Source of the DNA: the human T2T-CHM13v2.0 reference genome, Homo sapiens
Assembly: GCF_009914755.1 (NCBI RefSeq)
Contig: NC_060935.1
Reading direction: 5' to 3' (one strand)
Length of the DNA: 64,000 bases
Position numbers and translations under genes: made by a program
Notes under the pieces: generated by a model
Seen by the model: the letters and a program-made list of their open reading frames with translations, nothing else
Databases searched by the model: none
What the model was told of the DNA's origin: nothing
In this document: positions 36,333-50,300 of the stretch, in pieces
Layout of the letters: each line of letters starts with the position of its first letter
Numbering within the stretch: position 1 is the stretch's first letter

Positions 36333-37320
36333 CTGTGGAGATAGCACTAGGATCACTCCTGGGGAACAGGACTGTACCCTCCCTACCTCCCCAGAACAGG
36401 GACCCGGAGGGGAAGGAGATAGACTGGAGTCGGGCCGTGGCAACAAGGCCAGGACCAGTGTGCGAGGCTGTCACCGCGGTGGGGGCCAATCCCCTGGATG
36501 CCTGCTCCCCGGTTGGCAGCTCCTGGGCCCCATCGGGCTCTAGGACCTGCCCCACCCACCTCGACCCGAACCTCATCCCTGACTCCCAGGGATCAGCCCC
36601 TCCTGTCTGCCTATCTCCTGGGGCTCTGGCCTAGCTCCCAGAAACACAGTTCCCTCTGCCACGGACAGACGGCTCTCAGGCGCCTGGCCACGTCACACTG
36701 TCCACGTCACCGCCCCCAGATGGTGGGGGTGGCATCCTGCAGGGCAAGGTTGGCAGTGGCCAGTGATGTGAGCAGTGGGGGCGGGGAGAAGGCCATGTCC
36801 CCAGTCCTGCTCGGGGCTGTGTCCACCACTGTCTGGGGGTTCTCTGGGGGGTCCTTGTGCCCTGGGGCTGTAAGGCAGGAGCAAGGCTGTTTTAGGAAGG
36901 CAGTCTTAGGAAGAGAGACTGCCCGCTGACTCAGAGGCAGTTGCGGGGAGGCAGCCTGGGCCCCTGCCCCCCAGAGTCCCTCACACTAGCAGGGGGAGGG
37001 AGGGAGCAGGGCAGCGGGTGGGTACCCCAGGTCCTCCAGCTAAAGGAAGGGCCGTGGCCACAGCGGCAACTGGGCCTGCTGCCGGGAAGGTGAGCACCAT
37101 TCACCTTCTCAGTTTGGGTTTCTAAATTTAGCTCATGCAGAGCCTAGCCCCATTAACATTCCTGGCTGCCACCAAGCGTCCTCACACGCACCCATGGGCC
37201 ACGGACCTGGGCCAGGTCCAGGGCTGATATGGGCAGTCGGGGGACAGGGGCTGTGCGGGGTTTGGGGCTGCCTCTCCCAGCCCATTCTCCCACTGGGCAC
37301 TGGCCTGCCCCTCCCCGGCT

Positions 37321-37377
37321 GCACACACACACACACACATGCACACACACACACATGCACACACACGTGCGCGCACA
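37321..37377. repeat. (CA)n-type microsatellite
   Basis: Read directly; (UG)n in the pre-mRNA. Confidence 0.9.
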
Positions 37378-39156
37378 AATGCTTCCCAACACCCTGTCAT
37401 GTGCACCAGCACCACAGCCACAACAGTCAATTATTCCATCCTCTCTAAAGCAGAGTAAGAGCTGTCACTGCCACTGCCATGATTCCTGTCACAGCCATGC
37501 TCCCTGATGCTCCTGCCAGGGGCAGCCCCTTCCCAGGCACGGGAGCCACCTATCTAGGGAGACCAGCAGCAAAGCTCCCTCATCCCACCAGCAGTGCCCT
37601 ACACCTCAGGGTTGCCTGGGGCTTGGCTCCAGCAATGCTGCATGTTCCCCCGTCAGCCTAGCCAAGTGTCTTCCCTTCTCTGGCCTCTTTCCTCCTTTCT
37701 GAAATGGTGTCGCCATATGAACCCCTAGAAGGAAGACTCCTCATCCCTCCAGGCTCTCATCACATATATGAGTATTTCTGTTCACTTACTTCAGCTCCTA
37801 TCTCCCGGCACGTGCTCCCACAGAGGCAAGGCTGTGGGTTTCTGGTACTTAGTGTGGAACCTGGTACTGGGCAGTTCTCAGAAATCATCACCTGGAAGTG
37901 TCCCTTCTATGGCCCCGCCCACCCTGGAGTCTGGGCCCCCAGCAGCGACCTCTAAGTCAGAACTTTAAGAGTTGAAATATAGAGATGCCGGACACCCTGG
38001 GTTCACAAAAGCTGCCACTCACAGCTCCAACTCCGATCCCTCCCATCACTACCCAGAGGTCCAAATCTCAAACAATTCCCAGTTCCAACTGGGAAGATCC
38101 TATGCGGCTGTGCCACAGTGACCTCAGGCCCCCTTTGGCAGGACCCTCAGGCAGGAGCCCCGCCCCACTATTCTCCAGCACACAGGCAGTGTGGGTCAAG
38201 AGTGGGGCTGCTGAGGGCATCCCATGCCACCCCTCGCCCTTCTCTTCCTTCTTTCTGGCTTGGCAGGAGAGCTTGCCCTGGCCAGCACCCTCTCGTAAGG
38301 CAGGGCCGCTGCCCCTTCCCCGAGGCCAGGAAGGGCACGGTCAGCCCTTTCCGAGCAGCGCCCCCACAGACATCCTGGGAGCCTCTGTCTGCCCCTTCTC
38401 CTTCCCCAACTCCGAGAACCTTCCCCTCTGGCTTCGACTATTGCTCTGCAGCAGGAGCCGAGGTGCTATGGGGGACAGGAACCAGGCCAGGACTTGATGT
38501 GGAGGGCAGGGGGACAACCCAAGTTAACAGGAAACCAGGCAGGGTCCAGGTGACATTAGGCAGCTCCAAAGCAGCCCAACACCACCAGCCTGCTTCTCAG
38601 GGAGGGGTGGCCAGGCTGATCCGGAAAAAGCCAGCTGGAGATTAAGGAAGTTATTAATGTTTGGAAATGGGATCTGGGCTGTCAGGGTATCACGTCACTG
38701 CTGCTGAGGGGACAGGCAGGCAAGGAGAGCCCAACAACTGTGTGTGTTGGGGGAGGGGACAGCGTTTTAAAGTCCCTTCCATGGAGCAAGGAGACAGCCT
38801 GATCAACGAGCTCCCTGGCTTCTGGAACCCCTGAGGCGGAGGGGAGGGGGTGGCAGGGCTTGGGGGACTGGGGAGAGTAGCATTCTATCCACAGCAAGTC
38901 AAGAGGGACAGCCTGCGGTCTGGACCCTGGGAGGGTTCCTGGCTGGGGATTGTGGGGAGGGGCTGGGACCAGGGAAGAGGCTGCTTCTGCATCTCTCAGC
39001 TCCCAAGGTCCTTCCTGTGCTGACAGCCCCCCATCTGCTGCAAAAGCTGTTGTCTTTGAACTCCTGTCCCCAGGCCCTGCCCCTGACTGGAGGTGCATGG
39101 GGGTGGGGTGGAGACCAGTTACAGTTGTACCTGGGTCCTGGAAGTCATCTCTCACC

Positions 39157-39410
39157 GCACACACCCACACCCACACCCACACACACACACTGCAGCACAT
39201 ATGCAGAGGAGGCCAGGAGGGTGGGGCAGACCCCAGCATTGACTCACACAGGGATCTGATGAGTTGATGCACATCCCACCACTGAGGGGTGAACGGACAC
39301 GCACAGACAGACAGACAGACACACACACACAGACACACACACACAGTGCACCAATACCCTCAAAGTCAACACATTCAGCACAGACTCCACATGGAACACA
39401 CACACAAGGT
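39157..39410. repeat. Cluster of (CA)n/(CAGA)n runs
   Basis: Runs at 39158-39190, 39297-39345 and ~39396-39406. Confidence 0.9.
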
Positions 39411-40079
39411 CGCCATCAGCGCCTGCTCATGCAGCCTTCTTCCCTAGCCTTCAAATCCAGACAGACAGCAAGACAGCCTAAGGGGCCCTGCAACAAGATG
39501 CTCCGGGCTGCAGGTACGCTCAGCCACTCCCCCAGCCTCCGAGGACACTCACACACAGAGGCACATGGCCCAGCCTCCTCCACCACCTTTCCTGAAATTC
39601 TGAGACAGACGCAGACACAGGGGACCCAGGAACAAAGCAGGGCAGCCAGCCCGGTTCCACACATCTGCAGGCAGAGGGGGATCGGGTCATGCACACACTT
39701 GCACACATGCACACACACTCGCACAGGGAGCAGAGCTGGCCTCCACTATGGCTCCTCCCCAGGGGTCGGAGCTGCCTGAAGTTCAACACCCAGGATGGAG
39801 CCGCATGCTCCCAAGTCCTCAGTTTGCCTTTCTTGAAGGAGGCATGTTGGGTTCTGGGACTCTCAGGTCTTTCCCGCAGGTCTCTCACAAGACCCCAAAA
39901 CCTTTTCCCAGGGGTATCTGCCCCTTTTCTTCCTCCAGAGGAGTGGGGCATGAAGCCTCTACCCACCCAGTGCCCACAGCCACAGTGCTCCCCCCTTGTC
40001 CTTAAGGCCCCCCTTTGGCTGCGCAGGAAGAGAATGGGGTTCCCAGAGGTGGTGCCCTGCTCCCACTCCCACCATTCTC

Positions 40080-40700
40080 GGCCCGGGGAGATGGGGGATG
40101 CTTGCTAGTGACCCTCCTTCACCTGACTCCGCCAAAGGCGTAGCACCTCGGACACCCCCGGGCCCACCGTCGCCCCCCTCGCCCCCTGCTGCCCCCAAAG
40201 TCCCACCACACTTCTGGGCCGGGCGGCAGGAGTGGGGACGGGAGTGGAGGTCTTGCGGAGCAGCGGCTCGGGGAGCTGTGGGCTGCGGGCTGGGCGGGGC
40301 GGCGCGATGCGGGGCGGGCGGCTCAGCCCCGCTCCCCCTACCGGCGCCCTCAGGGGATGAATGTCCCTCCTGACGGTCTCTTTACTTATTGATGGACTAA
40401 TCCTGCTCGTTAATTCCCCAGCCCTCGTTAAAAATGAAAAGGAGCCGTTTGTGCTTGTACAAACCCAAGAGCCAGGATGGATGTGCGGGGGTGGGGCGGG
40501 CGGCGCCTCCGCATTGGCCACCGGCTCAGCCACGCCCATGGAGGGGAGCGGGCAGAGGGGAGGGGGCGCGGTGCTTAGAGTGGGGGCTCTATTCTCAGTC
40601 TGCGCGTGTGTGCCTGCGGTGCTTTATGCGGGAGGCAGGGCGTGTGTGTGTGTGTGCGCGTGTGTGTAGCTGCTCGCGTGCGAATGCCTGTGAGTCCTAA
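40080..40700. promoter_or_regulatory. Intronic CpG island with GC boxes (intron 2)
   Basis: Dense CpG and several GGGCGG boxes (e.g. ~40292, ~40312, ~40494). Confidence 0.75.
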
Positions 40701-40972
40701 GTCTGTCCCCGAATGTGTCCCTAGATGCATGGCTTTGGGTATATAAACAGAAGTATAGGGCTGAGACCCGGGTAAACGCAGGGTGTGCATGCATGCATGC
40801 GTATGCACGCGGTCTGAATTTCTATGGAAGTGCCCCTGACTATGCGGACAGGTGAGTCACCTGTGTGCACCCTTGGGAAAATTCCCAAGCCTGTAATTGT
40901 GTGTGTGTGTGGGGAGGGGGGGCAGTGTGCAGGGCTAGGCACCACCCTCCAAGGGGCCCTCAGGAGCCTCAC

Positions 40973-41076
40973 CAGTTTGCGCTGACACCAGTGGCAGAGG
41001 CCGCAGAGGACGACAGTGACGCTAAGGCTGACGGTGATGATGGCAGAGACCAGCAGGACGTCGCGCGAGGGCGCCC
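40973..41076 (-). CDS. SYT7: SYT7 exon 2: transmembrane segment and cysteine cluster ([35 protein letters not shown])
   Basis: cag|GG GCG ... CTG|gtgagg, 104 nt, hydrophobic helix with a CxxCxxC palmitoylation cluster; translated by hand. Confidence 0.97.
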
Positions 41077-43043
41077 CTGGGGAGGACAGGTACAGGTCAC
41101 ACCCTCATTGGCCAGGGCCTGCCACCCTCCCTCAGCCCAGAGCCCTCCAGAACCACCACCCTACCCTCCATCTGGCCCCTTCACTGGGAGCTCTGAACCC
41201 AGGTTCTACTCCCAGTTCTGCCTTGCTGGATGAACTTGGGTAGTTTCCTCTCTGTGTGCCTCAGTTTCCTCATCTGTAAAATGGGGAAACTGTGCCAGTT
41301 GGCATCTTTCTCTGTCTCTCCCTGCACGGACCCTGTGTGAGTCCATGGGATCTGTGCCGGCCTCCAAACTTGAGACCCTCAAAGGGAGAGGCCAAATGTG
41401 CCCCTCAGTTCAGCCAGACTTCACCCGTCCATCAAATCCCTCCACAGGCCACTGCTCCTGGATGGCCTTTTCACACAGCACTCTTCCACCCACTGCCCTG
41501 ATGACACACACACTCTGAGTTGCAACTCTAGTGAAATTTGTCCAAAGGGTCCTTATTAGCTCTGACAGCCCCTCTGAGGACATCTGCCTCATGGCACTAG
41601 CCGGTCGTCTTGCTTCCCAAGACTCACCAGCCATATGTGTAGTCAAAGGAATCTCTGGAACCCTCTGGCCAGCTGTTGCCCCCTTTAGCCCAGCTTTCAT
41701 TGGTCTGGAAGTCCACCCACTGGCCTCTGCACATTCCTATCCCCCAAGCTCACCCCCACCACACCATGGCTGCAGCCCATCTGTAATTCCTAAATGCTCT
41801 CATCCCAAGTGCCGAGGTGCCATAAACTTCAGAAGTGGAAACCTTGGCACCCTTGGCAAAGATGTCCTGGGAGGAAAATCTCAGGCCTCTGTCTGAATCC
41901 CACCCCTTCCCCGGCTGTGTGGCTTCTGCCAGTCACAGAAGCACTTGGTTTCTTCCTCTGTAAATGCAGATCAGACCTCCTCCCCCGCCCTCCTCATGGG
42001 TGATTGTAAACATTAGCCCAAACCAAATGTAAGTAAGGCAAAAACTTTGAGGACAAATTCTCATGTGGGGCAGTGAGTGGAGACCCGCATAGATCACACA
42101 TGCGCTATCAATCTGTTGTGTGTGCTGGGATGCATCCTAAAGCCAAGGAGATGCTGTTTATTTACAGAGGAGCCTGCGTGGGCTTTTTGGTGCCAGTGAT
42201 CATGGTAATTAAGAGTTGACAGTATCTGTCTGGTTCTGGTTCCTGCGGTTTTAGCTTCTGCCTTTCTTCCTCTCCCAGTCTCTCTTGCTTGGCCATGGAG
42301 CCTGGTTGAGGAAGGCCCAGCAGTCACCCTCAGGGATGACTCTCATCAGCTCTCAGGGGCCTCTGGGCTCCCTCCCTCCTCCACTCCAGCACCCTGGGCA
42401 GCCCTTTCTCTACCTGCTCTACTAGAACCCTCTTTGGGCCCCACCTCTCCCTTCCTGACTTCCTGAGCCTCCTAGTTGTGGGGAAAGACCACACTTGTGA
42501 GGCTCCCACCTGTCCACCTGCCAGGCAAATTCAGCCTCCTCCTGTACCAAGTCTGCAGCCTCAACCCCCCGGAAGCCCCTGCACCCAGTTCACTTTCAAC
42601 CTCAGGGGCCACGGCACCCAGGAGCTCTGACCTGGACAACCTGCAATCACCAAGGTCCTGCCCCTCCCTCTCCTGGGCTGAGGAGCACAGCTCTGCAAGG
42701 CTGGAGGGGCCACATTTGTCAAAGTTCTCAGGCCAAATGGGAGAACTAGGACTTTGATCTCCAAGCTTCCAAGGGAGAATAGGAGCAGGGCACTCCACCA
42801 CAGCCCCACGGCCCATGGCCAGGACTCCAGGGAAGGGATGGGCAAAGGCGCTTTCTGGACATGAGATCTGTTTCCCAGCTCTCCCCATGGAACCTGCCCA
42901 GCCCCACTGGAAGGGCTAGGGGAGCTGTGTGGGCTGAAAGCAGATGAGCCCACACTTTCCTTTGTTTAACTCACTTTGAAATAAAGTAAACGCCATTCTT
43001 ACGCTGAGCTTTCCTCGGCAACTATCTATTAAGAATATATTAT

Positions 43044-43345
43044 GAGTGGGCATGGTGGCTCATGCCTGTAATCCCAGCACTTTGGGAGCCAGAGGCAGGC
43101 AGATCACTTAAGGTCAGGAATTCGAGGCCAACATGGCAAAACCCCATCTCTACTAAAAATACAAAAAATTAGCTGGGCATGGTGACGTGTGCCTGTACTC
43201 CCAGCTACTTGGGAGGCTGAGGCATGAGAATTGCTTGGCTTGAACTCTGGCATGGGGGTTGGAGGGGGGCGGAGGTTTTAGTGAGCTGAGATTGCACCAT
43301 AGCACTCTAGCCTGGGCAACAGAGCAAGACTCTGTTTCAAAAAAA
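43044..43345 (+). mobile_element. Alu (S-like) with tail expanded into a (TA)/(CA) microsatellite
   Basis: gggcatggtggctcatgcctgtaatcccagcactttggga...gagcaagactctgtttcaaaaaaa. Confidence 0.93.
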
Positions 43346-43367
43346 TATATATATACACACACACACA

Positions 43368-43414
<47 letters not shown>
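43346..43414. repeat. (TA)n(CA)n(TA)n microsatellite
   Basis: Read directly. Confidence 0.95.
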
Positions 43415-43415
<1 letters not shown>

Positions 43416-43416
43416 A

Positions 43417-43937
<521 letters not shown>

Positions 43938-46803
43938 TGACTTTGGACAAGTGTATTAACCACTCAGTGTCTCCCACGGGGTTGCTGTTAGCACTCAATA
44001 GATGGGTAGTATTAGTATGGTTGTTGGTGTTTGTTTTATCTCAGGCATAAACAAAGGACCCTGGGAGCACAAATGAGGACTTTATCAATCTTGTGGGACT
44101 AGGGAGCTATCTGGGAAGGCCACCCTGAGGAGGCGGTGTTTGGTGTAGTCTGAAGATGGAAGTGAGGCGAAAGTAGGATATTCCAGGCAGAGGGAAAGGC
44201 ATGGAGGTGGGAAAAGTGTCAGGCACATGGCGTGAGGAGCCGGACTTAGGGTATGGGGAGTGAATTCAGGGAGACCAGCCTGGAAGGAAAGGACGGCCTG
44301 ATGGGGAAGGGGCTTGTCTATCCAGCTGAGGGGTTTGTTTTGTTCTGTAGACCATGGGAGCCATGATAGGCTTTTGAGCAGGGGAAGGATGGGATCAGAG
44401 GGGTGTTTCACAAGCTCATGATCTGGTAGCTACAGTAGGAAGCAGCTGGAGGTCACAGCCACACTCCAGGTGGGCTCCTCTGCTCTGATGCCCTCTCCAC
44501 ACTCCCCCCTCCCCCATACACCTCTTTGCCATTGGGAATTCTCCAAAAGGTCACCTTCCTGGAGCTCCCTCCTTTTTTGTCAAACAAGATCCTTCTCAAA
44601 AACCATCCTCAACCCCTGCTGCAGGTCAGAGAGTCCCTAGGGACAGAAGCCTGTCGATCCCAGAGTCCAGTGGGCACACTCTGAAAGGTCCCCAGAAACC
44701 CAACAAAACACCCATCTTAAGCAATTAGCATTCTGTGGGCACAGCAGAATAAGCCCTAGGTTTGGGGTCTAGGAGAACTAGGCTGAGACCCTAGTCCAGC
44801 TGCTAACCAGCCATGTGGCCAGCAAGACACTTGACTCTTGGATATCAGTGCCTTCATCTGTGGAAGAGCTGACCCTGACCCTTCCCCACTCAGAGGACAA
44901 GCCAGGTATTCCAGGTGCTCCACATGCAGTCACAACGACAACAGAGATAAGCATTATGAGTTGTCCCCATTTTACAGATGGGGAAACTGAGGAACAGAGG
45001 GGTCAAATACCATGTCCAAGTTGAAAGCCGGGGTTTGAACTCAGGCAATCCGGCTCAGATTCTATACCCTTTGCTTTGACATCACACCAACTAGAGGTAC
45101 GTGGTTAGTTTTCAAGAGGTAGTCTTTGGAACCCCTAGGGTTGCCTGGAGTCTCTCTGGGGCTCTGGGGAGTGGAGGCTGAGCAGATAAGGCTGTGATCC
45201 CTCAAGCCCTCTTCAGCCACAGTAGCACTGTTCCTGTCTGTGTTCTTGAGCTTTTGCAGAATATTCCATTTGGAGAAGGGGTTGTGTTGCTAAGGAAAGT
45301 TGAACTCTTCTGGATGAGTGGCCCCAGGGTCCCCTACAGTGTGGGTGGCTGCTGTCATCTTCCAGGCAGTTGGTACGGCCCCCACAGATTTCCCAGACCC
45401 TTCAGCCTCCCTCGGACAGCCCTCAAAGGCAGGGTGAAACAAACACTTGCCACTGCAAATTGCATTGATGTTGTGAATAATAGTGACATGATGTCCTCGG
45501 CCAGCATGCCGACATCCTAAGGAGATCCTAAGGGGGATGTCGCCATCAAGGGGTGCAAGCATGTTCTCGCCTACCAGCCAGAGTGAACCATTCCCTGCAT
45601 ATGGAGTCACTGTGTCTCCAGCTAGAAGGGACCTTGAAAGTCATGAAGTCAGGCCCCAGGGATGCACAAAGCCCATGGGCAGCCCTGTTGGTGACAGGGA
45701 GCTTCTGCAGGGAGCAGAAGGCAGGAAGCAGGTCCTTCCTGGACGGGCATTGTTAGGGAGGGCTGCTGTACCTCTCGCAGAGCCGAATCTGTCTCCCCAG
45801 AACTTTCCCTGCTGGTCCTGAGCCTGCCCTCCAGAGCTGCCAGGAACGAGCTGGCTGCCTCTACCACATGACAGGCCTCCAAATCCTTGCCGACAGTTCT
45901 AATGTCCCCTTCAAGTCTTCTCCAGGCAAAGCCGCCCCAGCCCTCTAACCCCTCCTCAGATGACATGCATGGTTTCAAGTCCCCTTACTGTCAGCATATT
46001 AACACTGGGGGAAAGAAAATTTGGAGCCCTAGTCAGCCTTTTGACAGGGTTGAGTGCCACAACCTATCCTGAGGCAGAGGAGACATCCTAGGTCCCGGCG
46101 GGTAAGGCACAGCATAGACAAGGGCAGACAGGCAACATCAGGAAACCTGGAAGGCAGGGTGAACCAGGAGCTAGGCAGAGCCAGATCTCCTAGGTCCAAT
46201 GCCGGGATGTCTTGGGAGTGAGGTATGAGCTGGGGCAGGCTGCTGCCCCTCTACCCAGGCCTGTGGTAGGCATATCAGCTGACTACAGCTCAGGATGAAG
46301 GGTCTAACTGAGTCCTGTGTGCTTTGCTGGGTCCTGTGGGCACAGCCTATGCTCCTGGCCATGCCACCCCCCAAGGAGATCTCAGGGTCAGGTCTGTGTA
46401 CCCCAGGAAGCGGCCTGCTTCTGAGGGTGGACAAGATGTCCATGCACAGCCTTCCCTTCTAGCATCTGGGCAGGGCTTGGTCTCTTGTTCACCACTGTAT
46501 TCCCAGCACCAACGGTGGAGCATTTAATAGGTGCTCAATAAATGCTTATTGAAAGAATGAAGGAGGAAGAATCCCAGGCCTCCAGGAACAAAGATAATAA
46601 TAGGTGCTACTATTTATTAAGCACCTACTATATGCCACACTACAGGGTCCACAAAGAAAGGGGCTGTATCTGCTTTGCTCACTCCAGTATACTCTATGAC
46701 GAGCTCGGCGTCTGACACACGGGGGGTGCTCAGCAAATATTTGTTGAATGTTCAATGCTTGTATATGTTATCTCATTTGTCACCCAAATAAGATGGAAGA
46801 GAA

Positions 46804-46962
46804 GAGATGGGAGAGGCTGCAGTGATGAGATGGGAGAGGCTGCAGTGATGAGTTGAGAGCTCTCTTTTACAAGTGTGTGTGCGCGCATGCACACACACAT
46901 GCATGCACACACATATGCACACACACACACACACACGCACGCACGTACACACACACACATAC
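46804..46962. repeat. 23-bp tandem duplication followed by a (TG)/(CA) tract
   Basis: gagatgggagaggctgcagtgat x2 (46804-46849); gtgtgtgtgcgcgcatgcacacac... from 46873. Confidence 0.9.
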
Positions 46963-47149
46963 ACTAGGACCCCTTCTGTTCTTTCCCCATGCTCAACTTT
47001 GCCTGACAAACTCCTGATTTTTTTAGGCCCAGATGAAAAGACCTCCTCCAGGAAGCCTCCCTTAGTCTGCCCAGTGGGAATTAATTTCTCCTGCCTCTGA
47101 GTTCCCAGCATACTGGGCCTACATCCTTCTTTTAGAGAATAGTGATTAG

Positions 47150-47375
47150 TGCCAGGCCTCTGAAGTCAGATTGCTCATGCTTAAATTCTGGCTCTGATTC
47201 TTCCAAGCCATGTAACCTAATCTCTGTGTGCCTTGGTTTCCCCATCTGTAAATGAGGGCTGATAATAGTATAGTCTCATAGGACTATGGTGAGGTTTAAA
47301 GGAATTAGCATGTACAGTGAACTCAGCACAGTGCCTGACACGGAATAAGTAGGCACTAAATGCTAGCTATTATCA
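47150..47375 (+). mobile_element. MIR
   Basis: ctctgtgtgccttggtttccccatctgtaaatg...tcagcacagtgcctgacac...gttagctatt-like end. Confidence 0.8.
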
Positions 47376-50300
47376 TAGCATTATCACATCGTGCCCTGGA
47401 TTAGTGATATCTGGGGCACGGAGTTGGCACTCAATGGTGGTAAATGAAATACTGGATTGGATACACTCTAGTTTTCTCCACAGGATGGCAGAGGTCAGAG
47501 GTCACATATTACTCAATTTTGTGCACCCCTGAACCCTCCCAGGACCTGCAGGGCTTGACCAAAGCAAGCATCAGTGAGCACCTACAGTATGGAAGAGGGA
47601 GGGCTAAGGCATGGGGACATGGGATCAGGGGTGACAGCTGGAAGCCAGGCTGGGCCTCAGGTGTGAACTGCCGACCCAATCCGGTCCCTTACCAGGGCTC
47701 AGCCCCGACTCCCAACTCCTTCTCATCTCCTCAGCAAGATGATTTATGGATGAACAGAATCAAACAGGGCTGCTGGCTGCTGGGATGCCCTGGGGAGCTG
47801 CAGGAGAGGGAATGGCTTTCAGAGGGCAAGCTCACCAGCTGCCCAGAGGGGAACGGGAGGGGGTGCCGCAGGAGCAGTGGGCACATGCACACAGGCCACA
47901 GACACAAGCCACAGAGACTCACCCTGGCACAGACACCCATGCACACACACCCATGGCTGTGGCCACAAGCAGATGCCCAGCCAGCTCCGCCATTCATGAG
48001 TTCTAGGCATTCACGCATTTCCTCTAGCCTGGAATTCTCTCCCCATGAATTTGCCATCACTTGTCTACTCAGATTCTGTCTGTCCTTCTGAGGCAGAGCA
48101 GTGGGATATATTGTAGACATGGAGGCAGATGACCTGGGTTTACGCCCCAGCCCTGCCCCTGGCCAACTACGTTACCCAGGGCAAGGCCCATGCTGGGCCT
48201 GAACACTTTACCTTCAAATGATGATCATGACCCCTAACCTCCCCTGCTGGGGAGGTCACCATCAAATAATAGCTAACATTAGTTGAGTGCACACAATGTG
48301 GCAGATACTGCGCCATGAAGTTTACATGCACCATCTCCACAACCTCGGACCATTATTATCTCCATTTCACAGGAGAAGAAACTAAGGCATGGGGAATAAT
48401 AGGTGCTTGAGCCCATCCTTTCCTGCCCAGCCACAGTGGCCTCCCTTTGAGCTGATGAATGTGATGGCATTCTATAATGTGCTAGACTGTACAACCTAGC
48501 CACACTTTCCTCTTTCCCACAAGCAGGCCAACCCTTGTCACACCTATGATGCTTTGCCTAGGCTGTTCCTTCTTCCTGGAACGCCTTTCCTTCTCTATCT
48601 TCAAGGCAACTAGACAAAGATGGTCTCCCCTCCTACAATCCTTTCTGCCTCCCTAGTAACTATGACAATTAACTATTTTGGGTTAATAATTAGCTCTTTC
48701 TGTGTCCTTCCCCAACTGGGAGCACCTAGAGGATTGAGACCCCCAGCTCACTCAGCTTTGAAGACCAAAGTCTGGTACACAGGAGAGGTTGGAGAAGTAA
48801 TTGCTAAACAAATTCATGAAATCATTCAAGGTCTCAGATAAGCCCACCTCCCCCAAGAAGCCCTCCCCAATGACAGGCACTCATAGCAGTCTCTTCCTTC
48901 TCCAAACTTGAATTAATGGATCCATTTGTCAACCCCCTTTTCTTGGGGATAGACTTGACCCCCACAAGCAGGGGCAACAGGATAATATCCTGTCTCCCAA
49001 TTGCTCAGGGTCTCCCACAGCCTGTAGCCTAGGTCAAGGTACAGAGAAGCTGCTGGACATGCTGGGAATCTGTGCCTATAGGCTCTTTCCCCCAGAATTC
49101 ATGTGTGCATGTGTGCTCACACTCTCAGATGGTGACATGCACACTCCCCACACCCAGCCCTTCCAGAGTTGTTCCATCACCCGCAAGCCCTCCCAACCTA
49201 GACTGCTTCTGCTCCTGGAGGCTCTCACAGGCATTGACAGGTCCCAGGCCACTGCTCTTCTTCCCAAGTGTCTTTCATTACAGTAACGAATGTATGCTTG
49301 GCATTGAATCATGTCTGCAGACTTCAGCACCCCTCTGAGGGTAAATACTCTTATGCCCATTTTACAAAGAAGGAAACTGAGGCTCAGGAGGGTTAAATGC
49401 CTGCCCAGGAACACGCAGCAGAAGAGAAGTAAAGCCAGGATTAGACTGGAGGTCTATAAGACCTCAAACCCTGTGGCTCTTACTCTTGTTCCACCCTAGG
49501 GGAGCCACGCCTTGAAATCAGACACTCTGAGAATAGACAGAAAAGAAGAAAGAACCTGAGTGGACACAAACGACAGTTACGGAAAGGGCTCCCACCCTCC
49601 CAAGAATTTTACCAGTTAGAGCCATGCCCAAATTACCCCAGGTACTTCAGAGACTCCTCTGACACACACACCTTTTCTGGGGCTCCTTCCCCCATCCACT
49701 GGCCCAGGCATTGGCCTCAGAGAAGCACCCTCAATAGATAGAGTCTCAGCTGGCCTCAGGGTCCCAGGACAGGTTGGGGGCTGGGTATCTGGCACTGGAC
49801 AGTCTAGGAGTGGGAAGAGGAGGACAATGGGGTGTCCCAGGGACTTGCCCAGGGCTCTATCTCTGGTACTGATCAGGGTGCAACCACTACTCCGGAGATA
49901 AAGCAGAGTGCTGCTGGGGGTGGTTGGGGCTACATCTGCCAGCACGTCCCCATCCTGAGCTTGCCTCCTCCCACCTGATTCTGCAATACACGTCAAGCCC
50001 CAGCACTTCCCCACCCCCATCTTTTGGTGGCTCCCGATGACGTTCAAGGTGGGAAACAGTGAAAGCTGGAGTCACAGGTTTCCATAGGAAGCACCCTCCA
50101 TGCGCATGCTGAGCAGATGGAAATGGGGGAAGATGGCAGGCATTTACAAGTGGGCAGAGCTTACCAGCTCCAGGGTGATCTGGGCATGGAAAGGGGGACA
50201 TTTTTGGTGCCTATCCTGCTTCCCTCCCTCCCCTCAACCCAAAACACACAAGAAAGCCAGAAAGAGGCAGAGTTGGGGATAAAGGAAGAGAAAGCCAGTG

